A DNA stretch of 64,000 nt, from positions 87,190 to 151,189 of IMG/VR virus record IMGVR_UViG_3300020055_000005, one strand, 5' to 3'. This document shows positions 28,857 through 38,231 of the stretch, piece by piece (position 1 is the first letter of the stretch; every line of letters begins with the position of its first letter). Made by a program: the position numbers and the translations under genes. Source of the stretch: a virus. Under the pieces are notes generated by a model. The model worked only from the letters and a program-made list of their open reading frames with translations. It did no database searches and was not told the origin of the DNA.

Positions 28857-29263
28857 TATAATTCTCCTACTCTTGATTGAAAGTCTTCCCATGAAGTTGA
28901 CTCTGCAACTATAGACTTTAAATGTGATTCTAAGATGACTGGTTCTCCGTTGTATGATAAAACATTATTCTCTGTTGAGATAGAACCTGATGCAGTGTGA
29001 ATGGTAGTATCTGACAAATACATGTCTCGAAATTTATATTCAGCACTACCTAAGTCATATGCATCGTTTGTATCAGGTATCAAATGACCTGTTACTGTTC
29101 CTGATAATGTTACAGGTAGACCATTTCCACCTGCAGTAGTACCATCAGACACTTTAAGTGTACCTGTTGAAGGGTCATAGAATATTTCACCTTCTTTGGG
29201 GTTAAAAGTTGCAGGGTCTGTTCCACCTAGTTTTTCTGCGACTATTTTATACGTTGTTGCCAT
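28856..29263 (-). CDS. Short fibre-like protein
   Basis: GEIFYD...LKVSDG and LIPDTNDAYDLGS fibre motifs. Confidence 0.65.
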   Translation of the reverse strand: MATTYKIVAEKLGGTDPATFNPKEGEIFYDPSTGTLKVSDGTTAGGNGLPVTLSGTVTGHLIPDTNDAYDLGSAEYKFRDMYLSDTTIHTASGSISTENNVLSYNGEPVILESHLKSIVAESTSWEDFQSRVGEL

Positions 29264-29265
29264 CT

Positions 29266-30186
29266 TTATTTACCGTCCTTCTTATCCAAATATGCTGCAA
29301 TCGCCATTTGTCTTATTTTTTTATCAGACTTTCCCTTAAATTGTGGTGCATCTGATTTCCTAAAATCTTTTACGTAGTCTCCTGCATCTGCATCAGGCCC
29401 TAATTCCATCTTCAAAAAGAGTTTACCTTTCTGTTGCATCTTACTTGATGCTTTTGCACCAATCATTGAACCCAAACGATTCAACATTGCAAGACCCTTT
29501 TCGTTATTCTTTCTATAGAGACTACCGAATTGTTTCTTAAATTCACTAACCATTGCATTTAGAATTGCATCTACATCTGCAACTAGTTTACCTTCCTGTA
29601 CTTCTTCACTCATAACCAGTGTAGATAATTGGTTAACTACTGTCGTTAACATTGGTGAAGGTATTGTGGATAAAACTCTAAGTTGGTCTTTTGTTAGACC
29701 TTTAATCTTTTTTAATTTTTTGAGAACTTTTTCATTTGCCTCTAACTGCACTTCTTTTCTTTGTTTTTCTCTTTCCTTCTCTGCATCTACACTTGCCTTT
29801 GCAGTGTCACTTTGTCTGTCTTGTCTACTCTTGAGTGCTTCAAGTTCTCTTTCGTGTCTTGCTTTGAGTTTTTCCATGTCATCTGCATGTTTCGCTTTTA
29901 AATCAGACACTGCATCTTCACCAAACATCTTCTTATATTGTTTAGTGTATTGTGATGGTTTAGTCTTTGCAGTCTTATCGCCTGGCGCAGGTTTGTACGC
30001 AGATGCATCATCGTCATCTTTTTTACTATTCTTTGCAAAATGAGCTGCACGATCATCTTTAGTTGACTTTGACATTTCGTCACCGTCAGCATCTTTTGCA
30101 TAGTATCTTTTAGGTTGAGAACCTTCTTTGTCCTCAATGTCTTTGTCCTGTGCAGTCTTAATCTTTTCTCTTAATTGATTTAACAT
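29266..30186 (-). CDS. Modular putative internal head protein
   Basis: YKPAPGDK..KTKPS and DFRKSDAPQFKGKS modules. Confidence 0.6.
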   Translation of the reverse strand: MLNQLREKIKTAQDKDIEDKEGSQPKRYYAKDADGDEMSKSTKDDRAAHFAKNSKKDDDDASAYKPAPGDKTAKTKPSQYTKQYKKMFGEDAVSDLKAKHADDMEKLKARHERELEALKSRQDRQSDTAKASVDAEKEREKQRKEVQLEANEKVLKKLKKIKGLTKDQLRVLSTIPSPMLTTVVNQLSTLVMSEEVQEGKLVADVDAILNAMVSEFKKQFGSLYRKNNEKGLAMLNRLGSMIGAKASSKMQQKGKLFLKMELGPDADAGDYVKDFRKSDAPQFKGKSDKKIRQMAIAAYLDKKDGK

Positions 30187-30192
30187 ACTAAC

Positions 30193-31494
30193 CTACTTCT
30201 TTTTTGCATCTAACTCTGCCTGTTTCCATTCAAGTGCTTTCTTGTTTGCAGGGAATGAACTTGACCATCCCATCATCTTACCATACAATGCATTAACCTT
30301 TTTCTTTAAAGCTGCATGATCATCATCATTTACAATCTCTATAAAGTTTTTACCAAATAACTTTTTAAACCCATTAACGTTCTTTTGTGATGCATTCCAA
30401 TCTTTCTCTACAACTTCCTTTGGAAGTTTTCTTGCACGTTCATCATTTCTTGCCTGTGCAAACTCTAATGAAGTGTTAACGAATACCATTTTGTATTCGT
30501 AACCTGCATTGTCTAATAACTTCTTATAGTTTTTAATCTTGGATGCCTTTGCACCTGTAGTGTCAAATATCATTCCGAGTCTACCTCTGATATACGCACT
30601 CATGTTTTTTGCAGTAATCTCTTTTGCACGTGCTCTGATTGGGTCTCTAAGTTCTGCATCCATGTTTCTCAAGTCAAGACCAAGTCCTGCCTTTTTCAGA
30701 CCAGTCTCAAATGCCTTGTCAGTGTTTACAATCTTCAATCCTAATGCAGTCAATCCTAGTTCACTAACAACTGTTGATTTACCTGAACCAGGCCCACCCA
30801 TCAAGAACACTGCCTTGAAGATGCCTGGGTCATACACACCCTCTTGTATTAAGTCTTCTACCATGTATTTTGGTGCAGAGTATAAGTCTTCTGTTAGACC
30901 CATTCCCTTACGTATTGCTTTATATAATTTCTGTGCATGACGTTTACCAGTAGAAGGAACCCCATCTTTGAATGAGTCGAAGTCACCCTTCTCTGCGAAT
31001 GCTCTCATTTTAGATGCACTCATTCCTGATACATCGTCGGCGTCAGGGTCACGATCACCTGCAGATATAACTTGAATCTCATCAAATTTATAGAAACCGT
31101 GACGACCTTTCACCGAATTATACTTGTTAATGATAGTGTCAAACTCTCTAATTCTATCTGAACCTACGACCATTCTAATCTTAGTGTAACCTTTATCGTG
31201 TAAGAATGTTAGGATTTGAAAAATCTGTTTTACATCTGCATCGACAACATTTACCTTCTTACCAAAGAATGCACGTAAAAATTTAATTTTATCTTTGTGC
31301 GATAAAGGATTCTTAATCTTATCGTTTGAATGTGATGAAAACAATAATGCATCACCATATCCTTTTGCAACTTTGTTTAACTTATCAACTAATTTTTCGT
31401 GACCGTTTGTAGGAGGATTAAATCGACCAAAGGTGAACACTGCACCTTTTCCTTTTGCCTCTGATAACCACGATGTAAATGTTTTATTTGGCAT
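30193..31494 (-). CDS. HIGH-type (cytidyltransferase-like) nucleotidyltransferase fused to a P-loop kinase
   Basis: FGRFNPPTNGH, GSDR, SASKMR; GGPGSGKS, FDTTG, RNDERAR. Confidence 0.85.
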   Translation of the reverse strand: MPNKTFTSWLSEAKGKGAVFTFGRFNPPTNGHEKLVDKLNKVAKGYGDALLFSSHSNDKIKNPLSHKDKIKFLRAFFGKKVNVVDADVKQIFQILTFLHDKGYTKIRMVVGSDRIREFDTIINKYNSVKGRHGFYKFDEIQVISAGDRDPDADDVSGMSASKMRAFAEKGDFDSFKDGVPSTGKRHAQKLYKAIRKGMGLTEDLYSAPKYMVEDLIQEGVYDPGIFKAVFLMGGPGSGKSTVVSELGLTALGLKIVNTDKAFETGLKKAGLGLDLRNMDAELRDPIRARAKEITAKNMSAYIRGRLGMIFDTTGAKASKIKNYKKLLDNAGYEYKMVFVNTSLEFAQARNDERARKLPKEVVEKDWNASQKNVNGFKKLFGKNFIEIVNDDDHAALKKKVNALYGKMMGWSSSFPANKKALEWKQAELDAKKK

Positions 31495-31852
31495 TTTTCT
31501 TAGTCTTCTCCTGTTCCTTCTTTCTAATCATTGGTAAGAGTTTCTTTGCAAGTTTCTTAATTGCACCTTTTTTCTTGTCTAATTTTTTCTCTAATGCAGC
31601 CTTTCCACTCATACCCAAATCATTCTTATCTTTATCTTGTAAGAGTTTCTTTGCGACCATTCCACGTGCCTGTTTCTCTGCACGTTTCATAAGTTTCTTA
31701 GGGTCAAGAACCTTTTTCTTCATCGCCTTTTTACGTTTTGCGAGAATCTTATGTTTGTTCTTTTGGAATGCTTTCTTTTTCTTCAGACGAGTTGCCATTG
31801 AGTCTGCTTCTTGCATCTCATCTAAGTAATTTTTGAAACTTTTTAATTCCAT
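31484..31852 (-). CDS. Highly basic putative internal head protein
   Basis: MELKSFKNYLDE N-terminus; late promoter. Confidence 0.6.
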   Translation of the reverse strand: MELKSFKNYLDEMQEADSMATRLKKKKAFQKNKHKILAKRKKAMKKKVLDPKKLMKRAEKQARGMVAKKLLQDKDKNDLGMSGKAALEKKLDKKKGAIKKLAKKLLPMIRKKEQEKTKKNAK

Positions 31853-31856
31853 TATA

Positions 31857-33065
31857 CTATTTATCCCAATTTTTAGCAGCATTAAAATTATTCTGACTGA
31901 ATTCCATTCGGTCTACTAACTTAACTGCCTTACCTTCATGGTCAATTGCAACATATCCTTCAGGATTAACTGCTTTGAATCCTGTTGAGGTCTTAACAAA
32001 TGTACCTATACTTTTAACTTTATTCAAACCATCTACGATTAATTGTTTTGCAACAACCATCAATTCTTGAAACTTGGTTAGTGCTTCGATCATTTTCTTT
32101 AATGCACGTAACTCATTGTAGAGTTGTTCACCAATCTCTCTCTTAATTGCCTTAGTCTTTTCTTGTTTTACTTTACCAACTACCTTCACTCTCCAATAAT
32201 TTTCGAAGTGTTTTAAATAACCGTTGTAGTTTGGTTTGAATTTACCTTGACGTATCTGTGCGTTACAATAGGTTTTATAGGTTGCACCTGGCCCCTTCTT
32301 TTCTATTGTTTGTTGTATTTCTTTGAACTTCTTTAAGTCCTTTCTTTTGATATTGTGGAATTGTTTACCCACTGCAGTCAAATAGTTTGATAGTTTAAGT
32401 GTCTCAGTTGCAGTAAGTGTCGCATTGCCTGATACATCTTTATAGGATGCATCATCCATCCATACGTCTTTAGATGCACCCAGTTTTGATATGTTTGCAC
32501 CGAATGATGCAGATAAGTCCTCGATAGTTCCACCTGTATAGGTAGTGTGAAATACAATACCAAGTTTTGCATTAGCGATTTGTTTACCTAGTTCTGATTT
32601 TGTTTGAACACGATACACTATAGTGTTAGGCCCAAACTGAATATAGGATTCGAAGTCGTCCTTGACCATCTGTTTGTCTTCGTCAGTGAACATTAGATCA
32701 CCCTGAAGTATCTCGTTACCCCATGACAGTCCTGAAAGATACTTAAAACATGTAAGGAACTTCTTTTCTAAGTCTCCTGATATCTCAGATGCATCTTTGA
32801 TTTCTTGTTCTGAAGTGTAAAATAAGGGGGTTTGATTGAATAATGATTTCTTTGCAACAAAGAAACGACCATCTTCAGGATGTTTCCCACAAAAGATTGC
32901 AGGAGCACCATCCCATTTGACTGTCATATTGACACCCTTTTTGGTGTTTCCCTTCATCATGTCACGAAGACCACGAAGGAAGTTTATAGATGCACGCCCA
33001 CCATCAATACCATTGTTGATGATCTCGTCTTCTATGTGTTCTAAATGTAGATTCTTGACTGCCAT
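31857..33065 (-). CDS. ATP-dependent ligase-like nucleotidyltransferase
   Basis: KWDG (motif I), QGD (III), EGYV (IV), VKLV (V). Confidence 0.6.
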   Translation of the reverse strand: MAVKNLHLEHIEDEIINNGIDGGRASINFLRGLRDMMKGNTKKGVNMTVKWDGAPAIFCGKHPEDGRFFVAKKSLFNQTPLFYTSEQEIKDASEISGDLEKKFLTCFKYLSGLSWGNEILQGDLMFTDEDKQMVKDDFESYIQFGPNTIVYRVQTKSELGKQIANAKLGIVFHTTYTGGTIEDLSASFGANISKLGASKDVWMDDASYKDVSGNATLTATETLKLSNYLTAVGKQFHNIKRKDLKKFKEIQQTIEKKGPGATYKTYCNAQIRQGKFKPNYNGYLKHFENYWRVKVVGKVKQEKTKAIKREIGEQLYNELRALKKMIEALTKFQELMVVAKQLIVDGLNKVKSIGTFVKTSTGFKAVNPEGYVAIDHEGKAVKLVDRMEFSQNNFNAAKNWDK

Positions 33066-33124
33066 AATAGTAGTATATCACAATTTCCTGTGTAATACTA
33101 CTATTTATGGTTATTTATTTTTTG

Positions 33125-33493
33125 TTAAGCGCCAGCGTCAACTACACCAGTGTCAATATTGTTCTGAAGATTATCTCTATCAGAAATATATTCGTCTCTT
33201 TGTGTGGTCATTGCAGTGATTTTTTCAGCAGTAACAGCAGACCAATCAGCACCTTGATTTGCATCATTCCATTCATTCCATGCATTAAAGTTTGCAAGTT
33301 CGTCTCCTGTTGACGATGATGATGCAGAAGGATTTGCAGTTCTCCATGCAGCCCAAAAACCATCACGACCATTTACTGTTGCAGTGTAACCTCTAACTGT
33401 GTACTCTTGATTTGTACCACTCAACCAAGCGATAACTGTATTAGTGTCATCTATTCTTGTTTGCAGTGATGCTATTTCGTCTACCCATGCCAT
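33125..33493 (-). CDS. Hypothetical late protein
   Basis: CCTAAATA promoter, GGAG SD. Confidence 0.7.
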   Translation of the reverse strand: MAWVDEIASLQTRIDDTNTVIAWLSGTNQEYTVRGYTATVNGRDGFWAAWRTANPSASSSSTGDELANFNAWNEWNDANQGADWSAVTAEKITAMTTQRDEYISDRDNLQNNIDTGVVDAGA

Positions 33494-33529
33494 GGTTTAT
33501 TCTCCGTGAAAGTGTTATAACACTACTAT

Positions 33530-33703
33530 TTAGGATTTCTGCAGGTGCGATTGGGATAGTTTATCTTCGATTCGAACAATCTTATTGGATGTTTTGTTAA
33601 TAAGAACCTTATCTCCGTCCTTTTTCGCTTGACGAAGTGCCTTTTTTAACTCAATCTTCTGTTGCAGAAGACCAATAACGTCCTGTGATTTCAATGTTTT
33701 CAT
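33530..33703 (-). CDS. Small basic coiled-coil protein (57 aa)
   Basis: MKTLKSQDVIGLLQQKIELKK...; TATAAATA upstream. Confidence 0.65.
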   Translation of the reverse strand: MKTLKSQDVIGLLQQKIELKKALRQAKKDGDKVLINKTSNKIVRIEDKLSQSHLQKS

Positions 33704-33875
33704 ACCTATTATATTATTTATATAAAATAATATGGCTTATCAATCTTGGTAGGCTATTCTTTTAACTGACTAACTTAGCTTCTCCCTTATTCGTGTGATC
33801 AAGACAACCTTTGAGAAGTACCATCTTTTATTATACTATAAAAAACCCCTCAGGACAAGGGGATTTTGAAAAAAG

Positions 33876-33949
33876 GAGGGTAGGGCAGTAGGGTTTACAT
33901 ACTCCGAGCATCCGATTGAGACCCCATATTACTACAGGGTCATACCCTC
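33876..33949 (-). ncRNA. Candidate 74-nt structured RNA downstream of tRNA-Asp
   Basis: GAGGGTA/TACCCTC closing stem, inner GTAGTA/TACTGC, then T-tract. Confidence 0.5.
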
Positions 33950-33954
33950 AAAAT

Positions 33955-34030
33955 TGGCGATTCCAAGGGGACTCGAACCCCTAATACTACCGTGACAGGG
34001 TAGCGTGTTAACCAATTACACCATGGAACC
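33955..34030 (-). tRNA. tRNA-Asp (GTC)
   Basis: Cloverleaf, anticodon GTC, CCA. Confidence 0.96.
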
Positions 34031-34036
34031 GTGTAC

Positions 34037-34117
34037 TTAAACTTTTTTAAGAGATAGTAAACACCAAACTAACAGTGCAACTGTCAATGATAGAAAATAC
34101 ATTGATAGTAAACCCAT
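34037..34117 (-). CDS. 26-aa hydrophobic peptide
   Basis: GAGGAGG SD; MGLLSMYFLSLTVALLVWCLLSLKKV. Confidence 0.55.
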   Translation of the reverse strand: MGLLSMYFLSLTVALLVWCLLSLKKV

Positions 34118-34141
34118 TCTATGTTCCTCCTCTATTTAAAG

Positions 34142-34216
34142 TGGTACCCTGTAGGAGAATCGAACTCCTGTTGCATGGATGAAAACCATGTGTCCTAACC
34201 ACTAGACGAACAGGGC
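34142..34216 (-). tRNA. tRNA-Glu (TTC)
   Basis: Cloverleaf, anticodon TTC, CCA. Confidence 0.96.
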
Positions 34217-34225
34217 TTAAAAAAA

Positions 34226-34460
34226 GCGAGGGGGGATTCGCACACATCAATCATGTATAAACTTGTGGATTTTGTGATACTTGAATCCTTGTCCCTTCGC
34301 CGAGTCTTTCGACCCTAAAAAAGTCGAATCCTCTCGTCATTCAATACTCTTCAGCAGTGTTGAGAGGATTCTAGACCGTAACCTTCGTACTTCACCATCG
34401 TCATTAGTTCTTGTACCCAGTTTACTGGAGAGGTTGACGATTCCTCGGTGTTACTGGTCT
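34226..34460 (-). ncRNA. Candidate cluster of structured RNAs upstream of tRNA-Glu
   Basis: Four successive stem-loop domains, no minus-strand ORF. Confidence 0.5.
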
Positions 34461-34906
34461 TAAAAATCTCCTTCTGCAACTTGCACTACAGTGGTTCCTC
34501 TTTTTCTCCACATGTCGACAACTTTATTTCTGTCATCAAACACTAAGTCAATAGTACCACCCATTTCTTCAAATGTGTCTGCAAGGTCAGACTTAAACTC
34601 TTCATCAGGTCTGTAGTCACCATCAGGTCTTAAAAATAATCCTTTGTGACCATCCCCAACCCATTCTGAAATCTGTTTTTCAGTAATCTCTCTTTCAGAC
34701 TCATTTCTTGCAGAGAAGAATGCAACATGATCTCCCTGTGCAATGAATCTCTTTGCGACATCAACAACCCACTGCATAGGTGTGTCGTTTACAGTTTCTG
34801 CTCTGAAAGACTTCCAATCTGCAGGTTTCTGTTCCACAAAATGTCTTCTGTGTTCAACGTCAGCGATTGTTCCGTCAATGTCAAAGATTACATTCCTAAT
34901 TTTCAT
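34460..34906 (-). CDS. HAD phosphatase (T4 PseT 3'-phosphatase-like)
   Basis: DIDGT, SAR, RPDGDYRPD..K, FDDR..VVDMWR. Confidence 0.88.
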   Translation of the reverse strand: MKIRNVIFDIDGTIADVEHRRHFVEQKPADWKSFRAETVNDTPMQWVVDVAKRFIAQGDHVAFFSARNESEREITEKQISEWVGDGHKGLFLRPDGDYRPDEEFKSDLADTFEEMGGTIDLVFDDRNKVVDMWRKRGTTVVQVAEGDF

Positions 34907-34938
34907 ACTACTATTATATGAAAAAGTGACCCCCATTG

Positions 34939-35067
34939 TCAAGCAATATTTACTCTTTTTTGGAGAACTTCTATCTCCTTTTTTTGACGATCATTGGGTT
35001 CCTTTACCTTTAGAAGTCTTTCCAAGGCACCCTTTCTTCTGTTTTGTACGTTCTTTTTTCTAATCAT
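34939..35067 (-). CDS. Small basic protein (42 aa)
   Basis: [18 protein letters not shown]...; ATGA overlap with gp41 stop. Confidence 0.55.
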   Translation of the reverse strand: MIRKKNVQNRRKGALERLLKVKEPNDRQKKEIEVLQKRVNIA

Positions 35068-36446
35068 ATTTTAAAGTCCGAAAATTTATCTTTACCCCTA
35101 TCGAACACTGGAGTGTCATCATTCTCCACTGCAGATTCAATAAGTTCCTCTTGTGCTTCCTGTTCACAATCATACAACTTCATTCTACTTCTATCAATAC
35201 CGATTACAAATCTCTTGAAAATTGTAGGGTCGTTGTATCTGTTCTTCAATTGTTTCACTACTAACTGATCTAGTTCTTCTAGTTCATCACTGGTAATCAA
35301 TGCGAACATCAAATCTGCAGTTGCAGGTAGACCAAATGATTCTGAAGTGTCTTCAAGTCCAATATCAGTTGAACCATAACCACTACGTGTAGTCTGTGTT
35401 GCACTCACTATTGGTACATCATACTCCACTGCAAGTCCTCTGAGTTCCTCTGCAATACTCTTGACCAAAGTGTAAGAGTTTGCACCTGAACCAGGCCTGA
35501 TTCTATGTGATGCACAAATGTTTAGATAATCAATAAAGATGATATCAGGTTGAAAGTCTTTCTTGATATCTAACTCCTGCATCAAATGTCTGAAGTGACC
35601 TACGTGTGCAGATGCAGTTGGATATTCTTTGACAATCAGTTTACCTTTAGTCTTCTCTCTGAGTTTCTCAATCTTCTTATCATACAACTTCTTGTTCATG
35701 TCAGGAAGTTCTTTCATAGGAACGTTCATGATGTTTGCATCAATACGTTCTGCGATTCTCTCTTCTGACATTTCAAGTGTAATGTATAATACATTCTTGT
35801 TCATCATTAAACAGGATGCAGCCTGATGACACATGAACAATGATTTACCAACACCAGTACCTGCAAGAACAATGTTAAGTGTCTTGTTTGGTAGACCACC
35901 TTTGGTTATCTTGTTGAAGTATTCCAAGTCAAATGGAATCTTTTCTTCTTCTGTGTTATAGAATTCAAATCTTGCATCTGCATCTTCTAAGACATCGTGT
36001 CCAATGTGAGTATCAAAAGACACGGAAAGTGCATCCTTCAATAGTTCAGGTATTTCACCAGTAGACCGTTGTGATGTTTTATCAAGGACGTTGATACTAT
36101 CCATCACTGCAATGTATATTGCACGATCTTTACACCATGATTCAGTTTCAGTTACTAACCAATCCTGTGGTGTTTCTTCTTTGTTCCTTCCGATTTTCTC
36201 TACAATAGATTTTGTGTTCTTGACAACGGAATCGTTCAGATTCGTATTGTTGTCAAGATTAATGAGAAGTGCTTCTGTTGTAGGATTTTTAGTATACTTG
36301 TCAAAGTAACTTCTTACTTCTTCAAATATTACCTTCTCTTCAGGGTCTGTGAAATAGTCTGATCTAATGAAAGGAATACACTTCCGTGCAAACTCTTCAC
36401 TCTGAATCAGATTCTTCAGTATTGTCTGTTCTAGTCGTGTTTCCAT
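35064..36446 (-). CDS. gp41: Replicative DNA helicase
   Basis: [28 protein letters not shown]. Confidence 0.97.
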   Translation of the reverse strand: METRLEQTILKNLIQSEEFARKCIPFIRSDYFTDPEEKVIFEEVRSYFDKYTKNPTTEALLINLDNNTNLNDSVVKNTKSIVEKIGRNKEETPQDWLVTETESWCKDRAIYIAVMDSINVLDKTSQRSTGEIPELLKDALSVSFDTHIGHDVLEDADARFEFYNTEEEKIPFDLEYFNKITKGGLPNKTLNIVLAGTGVGKSLFMCHQAASCLMMNKNVLYITLEMSEERIAERIDANIMNVPMKELPDMNKKLYDKKIEKLREKTKGKLIVKEYPTASAHVGHFRHLMQELDIKKDFQPDIIFIDYLNICASHRIRPGSGANSYTLVKSIAEELRGLAVEYDVPIVSATQTTRSGYGSTDIGLEDTSESFGLPATADLMFALITSDELEELDQLVVKQLKNRYNDPTIFKRFVIGIDRSRMKLYDCEQEAQEELIESAVENDDTPVFDRGKDKFSDFKI

Positions 36447-37449
36447 ATTTAAAGTAATCTTGTACCACTGTTTCTATTTGTTCCATCACCTCATCAGTGA
36501 AGTATTTTTCAGGGTTGTTATTAATTGTCTTACCAAATTCTGTTTTACCATTTGGTAGTTCAACTCTTGTTGAAGACTTTTTGAAGATACCACTTGCAAG
36601 TGCAAGGTCTAGTAGACCATAGTATCTATCAAGTCCTTTGTCGTATGTCAATCTAACATCTACGACTCTGTTCTCAACAGTCAACCTACTCTTTGCATTC
36701 TTACAATGAATGATATTACCAATGACTTCCGTTCCTTCTTTCTCTTTCTTCTTTGAAAGATAGACAATGGAAGAGGCTGCATATTTGAGACCTGAACCAC
36801 CACCCATTTCTTTCTGAGGGAACATAGAACCAATCACATCATAAGTGTGGTTAGTTACAATCATTGGAACTCCTGCTCGTCCTAGTTTAAGAGTTAAGAC
36901 TCTGAATGCACCTTTTACAATCTGTGCTCTCGTCATGTCTCTTGTCTCTTTACCATCTGCAGTGTCTTCGATTTCTTTGGTTGTTGATAACATACCAAGT
37001 GAATCAAGAACGAACATCATAGGTGGACGTTTGTCTTCAGGGGTTTCGATATACTTATCAAGAATATTAATGGACTGTGTCCTAAATTCTTGTACGGTTA
37101 CGACTGGAACAATCACCACTCTATTTGCATCAATACCTCTGTCTTCAATCATTTCTTTACTGATTGCAGATTCTGATTCAAAGTAGATTACGGCCGCCTC
37201 AGGATGGTCTTCCAAGAATTGTTTTACCATTCCTAGTGCGAAAAAAGTTTTACCAGTTGCAGATTCACCTGCGATTGCAGTGATCTTGTTCTTGGGTAGT
37301 CCACCATAAAGTGAACCACTGAGTAATGCATTAAAGATGTATGACCCACTATCTATGAATGAATCAACATCACCAGCGGAAACACCATCTGCGACGATGG
37401 ATGCATATTCGTTCCCACTCGATTTAACTAAGTCTTTAATAAACGACAT
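36397..37449 (-). CDS. uvsX: RecA-like recombinase
   Basis: [20 protein letters not shown]. Confidence 0.96.
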   Translation of the reverse strand: MSFIKDLVKSSGNEYASIVADGVSAGDVDSFIDSGSYIFNALLSGSLYGGLPKNKITAIAGESATGKTFFALGMVKQFLEDHPEAAVIYFESESAISKEMIEDRGIDANRVVIVPVVTVQEFRTQSINILDKYIETPEDKRPPMMFVLDSLGMLSTTKEIEDTADGKETRDMTRAQIVKGAFRVLTLKLGRAGVPMIVTNHTYDVIGSMFPQKEMGGGSGLKYAASSIVYLSKKKEKEGTEVIGNIIHCKNAKSRLTVENRVVDVRLTYDKGLDRYYGLLDLALASGIFKKSSTRVELPNGKTEFGKTINNNPEKYFTDEVMEQIETVVQDYFKYGNTTRTDNTEESDSE

Positions 37450-37488
37450 AACACTTCTCCATAATGTTTAATAACATTATACGTTAGT

Positions 37489-37671
37489 TTATGTGTTTTG
37501 TGAAGGGGTTTTTTTTAATTCTTTTGAAATTTCTGATAATTTAACTTCGCACTTGACGTGTTCTTCCATCATAGTACGTAACACTCTTATTTGCATTTCC
37601 ATGTGGGCGACAAAACCCATAATCACTAGGATAGAACCTAAGTAAAAACAATCTAAGAGATCAAGTGTCAT
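37489..37671 (-). CDS. Small membrane protein
   Basis: N-terminal TM. Confidence 0.6.
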   Translation of the reverse strand: MTLDLLDCFYLGSILVIMGFVAHMEMQIRVLRTMMEEHVKCEVKLSEISKELKKTPSQNT

Positions 37672-38108
37672 AGTTCTACTTCACCTGATTCAGTTAATAT
37701 ATCCCTATTTTTTAGATGTTCTGCTTCGATCTCTTCTTTGTTTCCACCACCATAATCGACTGCATGATGATCATCAATCATTTGTTGATTGACATTTATT
37801 TCTGTTTCGAATTGAGGATGACCCTCATTGTTATGAATGTAAATCTCTCCAAGGATTCTACCAAACTTACCTTTATCGTGTGAGATAAGAGAAATTCTTT
37901 CACCACTTTCTAGAAGTTTCTTTAAGTGTTTCTTTGATGCTTTTCCAAATTTCTTTTCAACCAAGTCTCTTGTTCTAGATTCAGGCGTGTCGATACCCAT
38001 GAGCCTAACTCTTTGTTTGCGATAGGTCATGCCGAATCCTAGATCGATGTCCACGTCTATAGTGTCACCATCCACTACTTTTATAACTGATACATTATAC
38101 TGATACAT
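37668..38108 (-). CDS. Thermonuclease (SNase-like)
   Basis: VVDGDT, RLMGIDTPES, KFGRILG. Confidence 0.9.
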   Translation of the reverse strand: MYQYNVSVIKVVDGDTIDVDIDLGFGMTYRKQRVRLMGIDTPESRTRDLVEKKFGKASKKHLKKLLESGERISLISHDKGKFGRILGEIYIHNNEGHPQFETEINVNQQMIDDHHAVDYGGGNKEEIEAEHLKNRDILTESGEVEL

Positions 38109-38128
38109 TTTTTATTTCTCTCATAAAG

Positions 38129-38153
38129 TTAAGGGGAACTCAGTCCCCCTTAA
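38129..38153 (-). terminator. Stem-loop / terminator
   Basis: TTAAGGGG...CCCCTTAA inverted repeat. Confidence 0.55.
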
Positions 38154-38231
38154 CAGTTCTACATTTCTGTGGGAACTCTGAACAGTAGAGCATCATTGCC
38201 TCTAGCAACATTGCTGTTGGAATGACTTCTT

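Noticed and set aside
30184-30205. A_AAA_AAG near the kinase stop, and a TAG in frame with the next gene
   Set aside because: The -1 frame stops after three codons; no suppressor tRNA in the window and TAG is a normal stop elsewhere, so recoding is unsupported
33876-33949. HDV-like (theta) ribozyme after the tRNA
   Set aside because: The terminal stem closes the whole element; the nested double pseudoknot is absent
34373-34460. Twister ribozyme resemblance (UAA-CAC, GUACAAG, AAGUA)
   Set aside because: The conserved GAG after P2 and the P1/P4 arrangement do not fit
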